DNA of 49,138 nucleotides from Pseudomonadota bacterium. GTDB taxonomy: Bacteria; Planctomycetota; UBA8108; UBA1146. Below, piece by piece: positions 18,612 through 26,710 of the stretch. Under the pieces are notes generated by a model. That model made no database searches. It was not told where the DNA came from and saw nothing but the letters and a program-made list of their open reading frames with translations. Position numbers and translations under genes: made by a program. The stretch is from the NCBI GenBank assembly GCA_017859655.1, contig JAFMMO010000001.1:1-49138 (forward strand). The letters are read 5' to 3'. The stretch's first letter is position 1, and each line of letters opens with the position of its first letter.

Positions 18612-19028
18612 TCAGATCATCCAGTCCGGCTCGTCCTCCTCCGGAGGCTCGATGACGTTTCCCTCGTCGATGCCGCCGGAGGAGCCGAGGTCGTCCGGAT
18701 CCCCGGCATCGAAGTCCATGTCGTCGGATGGGGGGTCCGCGCCGCCGTAGCGGTTCCGTCGGGCGATCCCCTCCCGGACCTCCCGCTGGTACTCGAGGCG
18801 GAGGCGCTCGTACTCCTCGGGCGAGATGTCATCCGCCTCGACGATCCGCCCCTCCATCCCCTCCTTGTGCAGCCGGATCAGGAACGGAATGCACCACCCG
18901 CAGCCGGTCCCCGCGCCGAAGCACTCCGAGACCTGGGAGGCCCGCCGGGGGCTCCGCTGGCGGATGAAGTTCACGATCTTCCGCTTCTTGACGCGGAAGC
19001 AGTAGCAGACCAGATCGTCGAGTTCCAT
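18612..19028 (-). CDS. BFD-like [2Fe-2S]-binding protein with an acidic tail
   Basis: VCYCFRV ... CFGAGTGCGWC. Confidence 0.85.
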   Translation of the reverse strand: MELDDLVCYCFRVKKRKIVNFIRQRSPRRASQVSECFGAGTGCGWCIPFLIRLHKEGMEGRIVEADDISPEEYERLRLEYQREVREGIARRNRYGGADPPSDDMDFDAGDPDDLGSSGGIDEGNVIEPPEEDEPDWMI

Positions 19029-19111
19029 GGCGGCACTCTACCCGATCGCCGCCCCGTGCGCTCCGCACCCGGTTCCGCAATAATGCGGGCCCGACCGGGA
19101 GAGGAGCCCCC

Positions 19112-20143
19112 ATGGCCGACCTTCGATCCGACACCGTGACCCACCCGACCGAGGCGATGTACGAGGCCCTCCGCGCGGCCCCGCTCGGGGATGATGTGTT
19201 CGGGGACGACCCGACGGTGAATGCGCTCGAGGAGGAGGCCGCCGCCCTCCTCGGCAAGGAGGCCGCCATCTTCACCCCCACGGGCACCATGGCGAACTCC
19301 ATCGCGATCGCGGTCTCGACCCGCCCCGGGGATGAGATGATCCTCATGGAGGACAGCCACATCTTCCTCTACGAGGCGGGGGGCTCCGCCCGCCTGTGGG
19401 GAGTGCACGCGCGCCCGCTCCCGGCCGCGTCCGGGGTCCTCACCCCGGAGGCGGTCCGCGCGGTGATCCGGGCGGACGACCCGCATCACCCCCGGACCCG
19501 ACTCGTCTGCCTCGAGAACACGCACAACATGCAGGGCGGGCGGGTCGTCCCCACGGAAGCGATCGAGGCGGTCGCGGAGGTCTGCCGATCGGAGGGGCTC
19601 CACCTCCATCTGGACGGCGCGCGCCTCTTCCACGCGGCGGTCGCCCTCGGCGTTCCTCCCGCGGAGGTCGCACGCCCGGTCGACACCGTCAGCGCCTGCT
19701 TCTCGAAGGGCCTCTCCTGCCCGGCCGGGAGCATCCTCGCCGGGTCCGCGTCGGCGATCACCGAGGCGCGGCGGGTTCGGAAGGTGCTGGGAGGAGGGAT
19801 GAGGCAGGTGGGCATTCTCGCCGCGCCGGCCCGCGTCGCCCTGCAGCGCGGGATCGACCGCCTCCGAGAGGATCACCTCCGGTGCTCCCGCCTCGCCGAG
19901 GGACTCCGCCCCCTCGCCGGCGCCACGCTCAACCCGGATCCACCCCAGAGCAACATCCTCTTCGTCCGGTTCGAGGGTCTCGATGGCGCCGGTCACGAGT
20001 CCCTCGTGGAGAAGCTCGGGGAGCGGGGAGTGCGCGCCCTGACCGCCGGGCATCGGGGCATCCGCCTCGTGACCCACCGCCAGATCGCCGACGGCGATGT
20101 CGAGCGGACCATCGAGGCGTTCCACGCCCTCCGGGCGGAGTGA
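19112..20143 (+). CDS. ltaE: Low-specificity L-threonine aldolase
   Basis: DLRSDTVT, GDDVFGDDPTVNALE, PTGTMAN, CLENTHN, HLDGARLF, CFSKGL (PLP Lys), GGGMRQVG. Confidence 0.93.
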   Translation: MADLRSDTVTHPTEAMYEALRAAPLGDDVFGDDPTVNALEEEAAALLGKEAAIFTPTGTMANSIAIAVSTRPGDEMILMEDSHIFLYEAGGSARLWGVHARPLPAASGVLTPEAVRAVIRADDPHHPRTRLVCLENTHNMQGGRVVPTEAIEAVAEVCRSEGLHLHLDGARLFHAAVALGVPPAEVARPVDTVSACFSKGLSCPAGSILAGSASAITEARRVRKVLGGGMRQVGILAAPARVALQRGIDRLREDHLRCSRLAEGLRPLAGATLNPDPPQSNILFVRFEGLDGAGHESLVEKLGERGVRALTAGHRGIRLVTHRQIADGDVERTIEAFHALRAE

Positions 20144-20446
20144 CTCGCAAGGACGCAAGCCTATCAATCGAAAGGACTTGTGGAGATTCGTCCGCGAGCC
20201 GCCTGCCGCTTCCGAACCCGGGGTCCGCGGGGATACCTTCCCCATGCAACCCAGCCCCCCCCTCCGGGATCGGACCTCACCATGTGTTACTCTCCTGAGA
20301 GCCCGCGTTGCTCCTCCACCGCCCCCGCCCGCGGCTCGTCCGCGCGCTCGGGGAGCCGGAGCGCCCGGATCATTCCCCTGCGACCGTCGCGGGCGGACTC
20401 CGGGGTGTCGTCCCCGTCCCCGACCCGAAGGAGCGCGAGCCCCGCA

Positions 20447-21064
20447 ATGGATCCCCGAACCCCCGACCCCTCCCCGGAGGAGAGCGCGGGGGAGCTCCTC
20501 CCGCTCACCGACCGCGACGACGCCACCCTGGCGCGCGCGGCGGGACAGGGGGACGAGGCTTCCTTCCGCACTCTCATCGAGCGCTACGAGCGCCTCCTGT
20601 TCAAGATCGCCCTGCGCAAGGCGGGAAACCGGGCCGACGCCGAGGACATCGTTCAGGATGTCTGCATGCACGCGTGGCGCTCCCTTGCGAAGATCCGGGA
20701 TCCGCAGGCCTTCCTCGGCTGGCTCATGGCGATCGCCCACAACCGCGCCAACCGCTACTGTGATCGCCGCCGGCGAAAGGTCGTCGTCCTCGACGAGGCG
20801 CGGCGGACCCTCGAGGAGCGCGCCCGCGCCCGCGCCGAGCGCGCGGAGGCGGATGAGGACGGCGGGGAGCTGGTCCGCCGGCTCCCGGATGAGATGCGCC
20901 TCGCCCTCAGCTGGAAGTACCTCGACGGGTGCTCCTACGAGGAGATCGGCGAGCGCCTCGACATGAGCTTTCACCAGGTCGACTACCTGCTCCGCCGAGC
21001 CAAGGCGGCGCTCCGTCGTGAAGTCGAGCGCGTCGAGCGCTCCGGAGAGGAGGGACTCGCATGA
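20447..21064 (+). CDS. ECF RNA polymerase sigma factor
   Basis: GDEASFRTLIERY, DAEDIVQD, FLGWLMAIAHN, LPDEMR...SYEEIGERLD; start re-called at ATG 20447. Confidence 0.92.
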   Translation: MDPRTPDPSPEESAGELLPLTDRDDATLARAAGQGDEASFRTLIERYERLLFKIALRKAGNRADAEDIVQDVCMHAWRSLAKIRDPQAFLGWLMAIAHNRANRYCDRRRRKVVVLDEARRTLEERARARAERAEADEDGGELVRRLPDEMRLALSWKYLDGCSYEEIGERLDMSFHQVDYLLRRAKAALRREVERVERSGEEGLA

Positions 21065-21855
21065 TGTCCGCTCTCGAATCCTGCCGCTGGGTCCGGACCC
21101 AGCTTCCCCGCTTCCTCGACGGGGAGCTCGCCCCCGACCTCGAGACCCGCGTGTCCGGGCATCTCGACCGCTGCGCCGCCTGTCGGGCCGAGCTCGCCGT
21201 GGAGCGGGATCTCCTCCTCGACACCCTCGAGCTGCTCTCCCCCACCCGGCCGCCGCAGGGGATGGTCGACGCGGTGATGGCGCGGATCGCGGAAGAGGCG
21301 GCCGGCGCCCCCGCCCCGACCCCCGTCATCCCCGTCCTGAGGCCGCGCAGGAGGGCTTTCGGCCCCTCCCTGGCCGCGGCCGCCCTCCTCGCGTTCGTCG
21401 TCTGGGCGATCTCGGGCGACAATGGAGGAGGAGCCCCCTCGGTCGGACCGAGCGGGCCCCTCGCGATGCTCGAGAGCGGCGGTCCCGGCCCCACGGTCGA
21501 CGGCCCCGGCCTCGGCGATCTGGGAACGGCGATCTCCGAGGAGGAGGCCCTCTTCGGCGCGGAGAACCGGAGCGAGTCGACGACGATCGAGCTCGTCCGC
21601 TTCGATGTGAACGCGGACGAGCAGTTCGACCAGCGCGACCTCGATGCCCTCAACCGGCATCTCACCGAGGGGATCGCGATCGCCTGCCCGGCCGCCGCGG
21701 ATGTCGACGAGGATGGCTGGCTGACGCCTCAGGACTCGATCCGGGCCTTCCAGCACTTCTCCACCGGAGAGATCGAGGTCTCCTCGGCGATCAGCCGCAC
21801 CGTCGAGTACGACATCGGGGGTCCCCTCCACTGCTCGTACCAGGCCTGTCCCTGA
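21061..21855 (+). CDS. Zinc-finger anti-sigma factor with one TM helix and an extracytoplasmic dockerin/EF-hand-like domain
   Basis: ATGA overlap with the sigma gene; HLDRCAAC (HxxxCxxC); TM LAAAALLAFVVWAI; FDVNADEQFDQRD...CPAAADVDEDGWLTPQD. Confidence 0.85.
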   Translation: MMSALESCRWVRTQLPRFLDGELAPDLETRVSGHLDRCAACRAELAVERDLLLDTLELLSPTRPPQGMVDAVMARIAEEAAGAPAPTPVIPVLRPRRRAFGPSLAAAALLAFVVWAISGDNGGGAPSVGPSGPLAMLESGGPGPTVDGPGLGDLGTAISEEEALFGAENRSESTTIELVRFDVNADEQFDQRDLDALNRHLTEGIAIACPAAADVDEDGWLTPQDSIRAFQHFSTGEIEVSSAISRTVEYDIGGPLHCSYQACP

Positions 21856-21988
21856 TCGACCGAGATCCGGCGCGAGACTTTCGAGAGCCCCCCACCCCGT
21901 CGGACCGCGGGTCCGCCGGGGTGACATCCGTTCCTCCTCCCCGGAGGTCCGGACCTGAAGCGAACCGCACGAGGTGGGAGTGAGCCCC

Positions 21989-23500
21989 GTGTCCCGACGA
22001 TCGATCCTTCTCGCCGTCACCGCCCTCGCCGGCGTCGCCCTGCTCGTGGGAGAGTCCTCCCCGGCCGCGGCGGAGAGACCCGCCGTCCGCGTCCCGGGGG
22101 ATGAGTCCGCGCCCCCGAAGGCCGACGATGCGCCGTCCGGAGACGAGGCGAGCGAGAGCGCGGAGGCGCTCGCCCTCCTCTACACGATCCACAACGAGGG
22201 ATACATCGAGCCCTGCGGCTGACCGAAGAAGAAGGTGAAGCTGGGCAGTTTGGCCCGGCGCAAGACGTACCTCGACAGCGTGGCCACCGAGGGGATCGAT
22301 CCGGTCCTCGTCGATGGCGGAGACTGGCTCTTCGAGCTCGGCAACGTCCGGATGAACAAGTTCGCCGAGCGTCAGCTGCGCCAGAAGGCGGAGCTCATCG
22401 TCGACGCCTACAACGAGTTCGGGTACGACGCCGCCGCGATCGGGGAGCACGACCTCGCCTTCGGGATCGAGTTCGTCGAGGCGCTCGCCGCGCGCGCGCG
22501 CTTCCCCTTCCTCTGCGCGAATCTCCTCCGGGACGGCGCCCCCATCTTCCCCGGCTCGACCGTCATCGAGCGGGCCGGGTTCCGCGTCGGCGTCATCGCG
22601 ATCCTCATGGAGCTCCCCGACCGCTTCCTCGAGAAGTACTCCCCGGGGCTCACCGTCGGGAGCCACCGGGAGGCGCTCGCCCGCGAGCTGGAGAAGCTCG
22701 GGGATGAGGTCGACACGGTGGTCCTCCTCGGCCATGTCGAGCAGACCGACATCATGGAGATCGCGGACACGGTGAAGGGGATCGACTTCATCCTCCACCC
22801 CGCGGGGTTCTCCGGGAACGAGCCGACCTGGATCAACGACGGCGAGGAGATCACCGAGCGGAACGGGAAGGTCCTGCTGAAGATCAGCGGTCAGGGCTCC
22901 ACCGTCGGCCGGCTCGACCTCTACCCCTCGGAGCGGGGCGCGCCCTGGCACAACTTCGCCGAGGAGCCGCAGGCGACCGGGAACCTCTACTTCCCGACGC
23001 TGACCCGACTCGCGAGCCACATCGGGAAGCACCCCGGGATCGACGCCCTCGTGAACGAGTTCCTCAAGGGGACCCGCTACCGGGGCTTCACCGAGGAGGA
23101 CCTGACCTTCGTCCCGGCGACCGACTACCTGACCGCCGACACCTGCAGCGTCTGTCACCTTGAGCAGGCGGAGTTCTGGCGCGGCACGGGACACGGCAAG
23201 GCCTACCAGACCCTCGTCGATGCCGAGAGCCAGTTCCGCTACGACTGCATCTCCTGCCACGTGCTCGGCTACGGCGAGACCTTCGTGGATGCCCACGCCG
23301 TGGGTCCGTACAAGGATGTCCAGTGCGAGTCGTGCCACGGGAAGAACCCGCAGCATCCGACCGCCCCGGCGGACCACCCGTGGCCCAAGGTGAACACCGA
23401 GACCTGCTGGTCCTGTCACGACCCGAGGGTCACCCGTGTCCCGTTCGATGTGAGCGCCGGCCTGCCGGCGGTGACCTGTCCGCCCCTGAAGCGGAACTGA
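21989..23500 (+). CDS. Probable selenoprotein: exported 5'-nucleotidase/UshA-like N-terminal domain with a CGU motif plus a tetraheme cytochrome c (c554-like) domain; TGA 22220-22222 read as Sec
   Basis: ORFs 21974-22222 and 22235-23500 are in frame and separated only by TGA in IEPCG*PKKKVKLGSLARR, which aligns with IDVCGCKRKKVRQGSITRR of the neighbouring paralog; downstream hairpin; four CxxCH (CSVCH, CISCH, CESCH, CWSCH); signal peptide present only upstream of the TGA; start could be 21974, 21980 or 21989. Confidence 0.88.
22241..22258 (+). promoter_or_regulatory. Candidate bacterial SECIS element
   Basis: ctgggc-agtttg-gcccgg stem-loop starting 18 nt after the in-frame TGA; G near the start of the loop; uses AGT and TTG codons that are uncommon in the surrounding CDSs. 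Confidence 0.7.
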
Positions 23501-23595
23501 TCCTGAGAAGAGAGACCCCGCCGGTCCGCCCTCCGGGAGCGGGCCCGTGCACAGTGAACGAGCCCCGTGCCCCGCACGGGATGGAGGCCCAAGGG

Positions 23596-25113
23596 ATGAA
23601 CCCGACCCGCGACAACGGTCCGACCCGCCCCCCGCTCTGGGTGGCGCTCGCCCTCCTCCTCGGAGGACTGCTGCTGCTGACCCTCGGTGACGAGCCACGC
23701 GCCGAGGCGGCGATGGGACCGCTGGTGATCCCCGCGAGCGTCGATGACGACATTCGCAACGTCTTCGTCGTCTACTCCGTGAACGTGACGGGGGAGATCG
23801 ATGTCTGCGGCTGCAAGCGCAAGAAGGTCCGCCAGGGCTCGATCACGCGCCGCGGCAGCTACATCCGTCAGGCCCGTCACCTGCACCCGTCGCTCGTCGC
23901 CCTCGACGCGGGGAACACCCTGGTCGGCCCGGACGACAAGCGCACCACCGACCTCGAGCTCGCCCAGACGATGGAGAAGGCGAAGGTCCTGATCGAGTCG
24001 TACAACCGTCTCGGCTACGCCGCGATGGGAATCGGGAACTTCGACCTCCTCCTCGGGATGGAGCGCCTCCGCGAGCTCCAGAAGATGGCGAGCTTCCCCC
24101 TGATCTGCGCGAACCTCGTCGACGCCGAGTCGGGAGAGCCGGTCTTCCCCCCCACCCATGAGGTGGAGTCGGGGGGAGTGCGGATCGGCCTGCTCGGACT
24201 CACCCTCGAGGGGATCCCGCAGTACTACCTCGACAAGGCCTCCCCGGATCGCTCCCTGCGCACCCGGGACGTGATCGAGACCGCGCGGCAGTACGTGCCG
24301 GCGCTCGCGGAGCGGAACGATGTGGTCGTGGTCTTCTCGATCAACGATGTCGACCGGAACCGGGAGCTCGCCGAGCAGGTGGAGGGGATCGACTTCCTCG
24401 TCGATCCGCTCATCGAGCTCGGCAACCACAAGCTCTGGGTCGATGACGACAAGCTCATCGAGTCGAAGGCCGACACGAACATCCTGCGCATGGACGCCCA
24501 GGGGGCCCGCGTCGGGACCCTCGACATCTTCGTCCGGCCGAAGCCGAGCCGCCCGATCGTCGATGGGTCCACGGGAGAGGTCCCTCCCGGTCGCAGCGAG
24601 TACTGGTTCGAGAAGATCTCCCTCGAGCCGCACATGCTCGAGGACCCCGAGATCGTCGCCCTCGTCGATGCCTATCGGGCCCAGGCGAGCATCGTCGATG
24701 TCGCCAAGCTGCCGCCGATGCCCCACAAGGACCGTTACCTCACCGCGGACACCTGCAAGGCCTGCCACACCGAGCAGTACGACTTCTGGAAGCGCACGAC
24801 CCACGCCGACGCCTTCGCGAGCCTCGAGGAGACCGGCGATCAGTGGCGCCAGGACTGCATCCCCTGCCATGTCCTCGGCTACGGTCAGGCGTTCCTCGCA
24901 CCGGCGGACGCCGAGCCGTACAAGGATGTCCAGTGCGAGAACTGCCACGGCCTCAATCCCCAGCACCCGCTCGACCCGAAGGGGAACCCGTGGCCGAAGA
25001 TCGAGGAGAAGAGCTGCCTCGTCTGCCACAACAAGGAGCAGACCCGGAGCGACTTCCACTTCTTCAAGGAGAAGCCGAAGATCGCGTGCCCGCCGCTTCA
25101 GCGGACGCCCTGA
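23596..25113 (+). CDS. Cys-containing paralog: UshA-like domain (CGC motif) plus tetraheme cytochrome c
   Basis: Hydrophobic N-terminus; GEIDVCGCKRKK, LDAGN, GNFD, FPLICANL; four CxxCH (CKACH, CIPCH, CENCH, CLVCH); C-terminal ACPPLQR; GGAGG RBS before ATG 23596. Confidence 0.9.
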   Translation: MNPTRDNGPTRPPLWVALALLLGGLLLLTLGDEPRAEAAMGPLVIPASVDDDIRNVFVVYSVNVTGEIDVCGCKRKKVRQGSITRRGSYIRQARHLHPSLVALDAGNTLVGPDDKRTTDLELAQTMEKAKVLIESYNRLGYAAMGIGNFDLLLGMERLRELQKMASFPLICANLVDAESGEPVFPPTHEVESGGVRIGLLGLTLEGIPQYYLDKASPDRSLRTRDVIETARQYVPALAERNDVVVVFSINDVDRNRELAEQVEGIDFLVDPLIELGNHKLWVDDDKLIESKADTNILRMDAQGARVGTLDIFVRPKPSRPIVDGSTGEVPPGRSEYWFEKISLEPHMLEDPEIVALVDAYRAQASIVDVAKLPPMPHKDRYLTADTCKACHTEQYDFWKRTTHADAFASLEETGDQWRQDCIPCHVLGYGQAFLAPADAEPYKDVQCENCHGLNPQHPLDPKGNPWPKIEEKSCLVCHNKEQTRSDFHFFKEKPKIACPPLQRTP

Positions 25114-25135
25114 GTCGTCCGCTCGGCTCGGATGA

Positions 25136-25177
25136 GAAGGAGGGGGTGGAGGCCGGGCGGCCTCCACCCCCTCCTTC
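25136..25177. terminator. Perfect 20-bp inverted repeat, probable bidirectional terminator
   Basis: gaaggagggggtggaggccg-gg-cggcctccaccccctccttc between convergent genes ending at 25113 and 25198. Confidence 0.7.
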
Positions 25178-25197
25178 CATCTCCGGCCCCCCCGGCC

Positions 25198-26580
25198 TCA
25201 GGACCCGGCGGGACCGATCCGCCAGACCGGATCCGGGAGCCGCAGGACCTCATCCGCGCTCCCCACTCCTTCGAGACTCGATCCCCCCGCATCGATGCCA
25301 TCCACCCCCACCGACCAGAGCAGCCGGCGGGCCCGGTCGTAGCGGAGAGGCTCCCCGCTGAACGGATCGAGGGGGAGGGCGTCGAGGGACGGAGTGGCCG
25401 CGAGGAGGCTCTCGAGGTCGGGGGGCAGCTCTCCGTGCACGCGACGGTAGCGGCCCAGGGCGACCATCGTGCATCCGACACTCTCGAGGAGGGCCACCGA
25501 CTCCACCTGCTCGAAGCGGCCGGCGAAGCCGGGGAGGATGATGTCGAGGAAGCGGACCCCCGCGTTCCCCTGAACGAGCACCTGCCAGAGGGGGGTCTTC
25601 TCCGGAGGGGCGGGAGCGGGTCGGCTCCGTCGCTCGACCGGAGTGAGACGCACCTCCTCGATGAGCGCGCGGAAGTGATCGGCGAGGAGCGCCCGCGTCG
25701 CGTTCGGCTTGAAGAAGGGTCCGGCCAGCGCGACCTCCTGCTGGACGGTGCTGCGGTGCTCCGGAGCGCAGATCGTGTTCGCGCTCGTCCAGTACTCATG
25801 CCGAAGGCTCTCGGCGAAGCGCTCCCGCAGCCGCGGTCCCGCCGGCGGGCGGGCGAGGAGGCGCCCCTCCACCTCCGGATCGAGGGGGGGCCCATCAGGG
25901 TCGATGCTCTCCTGCGCGAGGGCGATGAGCTGCTCCCACGCGGGGCGATGGACCGCGATCCCCACGAGCATCCAGATCAGCGCGGTGTTCCCCTCGTTCA
26001 CGGTCCGATCGGCGAGCCGGATCCCCCTCTCGATCCGGCGCGAGCTCTCGGCGAGATCCCCATCGAGGCGCGCGGCGAGCCCCCACACCCGGATCGCCAT
26101 GGCGAGGTCGCGGATCCCCGAGATCTCGGGGATCGGATCGAGGAAGGTCTCCAGGCTCTCGACCCCGAAGACCGGCAGGTCGAGCGCGGCATCGACCGCG
26201 GGGGCGCTCGGCCCGCCCGCCTCGATGAGCTCTTCGAGGACGGCGCGCTCGACGCTCCACGCCTCGGGATCGAGAGGTGTCGGACCGAAGGGGTCGGCTG
26301 CCCCCGCCTCGATGCGGTCATCGAACCACGACTCGGCTCGCTCCGCCGCGCGCCCGAGGCGGTCGAGCTCCTCGACCGCGGTCTGCACGGTCCCGGGAGG
26401 ATTCCGGACGGGAGTCGGCTCGAGGTCGGCATCGTCGATCGGGGGGATGTCCTGCAGCCAGACTGCCGCGGCGGCGACAAAGAGCAGGAGGAGCAGCCCG
26501 CACCCGATCCATCCCCGCCTCTTCGAGCTTCGCATCCCGTCCGTGGGGCAATCCTCGGTCGGCGCGAGGTCGGCTTCCAT
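25198..26580 (-). CDS. Membrane-anchored hypothetical protein with a GspG/pseudopilin-like C-terminal motif
   Basis: N-terminal TM (IGCGLLLLLFVAAAAVW); C-terminal YRRVHGELPPDLESL...LPLDPFSGEPLRY...LWSVGVDGIDAGG; start uncertain. Confidence 0.65.
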   Translation of the reverse strand: MEADLAPTEDCPTDGMRSSKRRGWIGCGLLLLLFVAAAAVWLQDIPPIDDADLEPTPVRNPPGTVQTAVEELDRLGRAAERAESWFDDRIEAGAADPFGPTPLDPEAWSVERAVLEELIEAGGPSAPAVDAALDLPVFGVESLETFLDPIPEISGIRDLAMAIRVWGLAARLDGDLAESSRRIERGIRLADRTVNEGNTALIWMLVGIAVHRPAWEQLIALAQESIDPDGPPLDPEVEGRLLARPPAGPRLRERFAESLRHEYWTSANTICAPEHRSTVQQEVALAGPFFKPNATRALLADHFRALIEEVRLTPVERRSRPAPAPPEKTPLWQVLVQGNAGVRFLDIILPGFAGRFEQVESVALLESVGCTMVALGRYRRVHGELPPDLESLLAATPSLDALPLDPFSGEPLRYDRARRLLWSVGVDGIDAGGSSLEGVGSADEVLRLPDPVWRIGPAGS

Positions 26581-26710
26581 GGCTGCAGCTCCTTCTCTGG
26601 TTCCGGTTTCCCAAGGAGAGACTCACCGATCGGAGTGGGGAAGGGAAGCCCCTCCGGTGCCCATCCACCCGCTCTCCGGTTAGGGTGCGCGCTCCGAAAC
26701 CGGAGGAATC

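Noticed and set aside
21989..22010. SRRSIL as a Tat signal on the selenoprotein
   Set aside because: It is an imperfect motif, and c-type cytochromes are normally exported by the general secretory pathway; not supportable without prediction tools.
21974..22222. 82-aa ORF as a separate small protein, or the locus as a nonsense pseudogene
   Set aside because: The TGA aligns with a Cys of the paralog's CGC motif and is followed by a SECIS-like hairpin, and the rest of the frame is intact with four heme motifs. Sec recoding explains this better.
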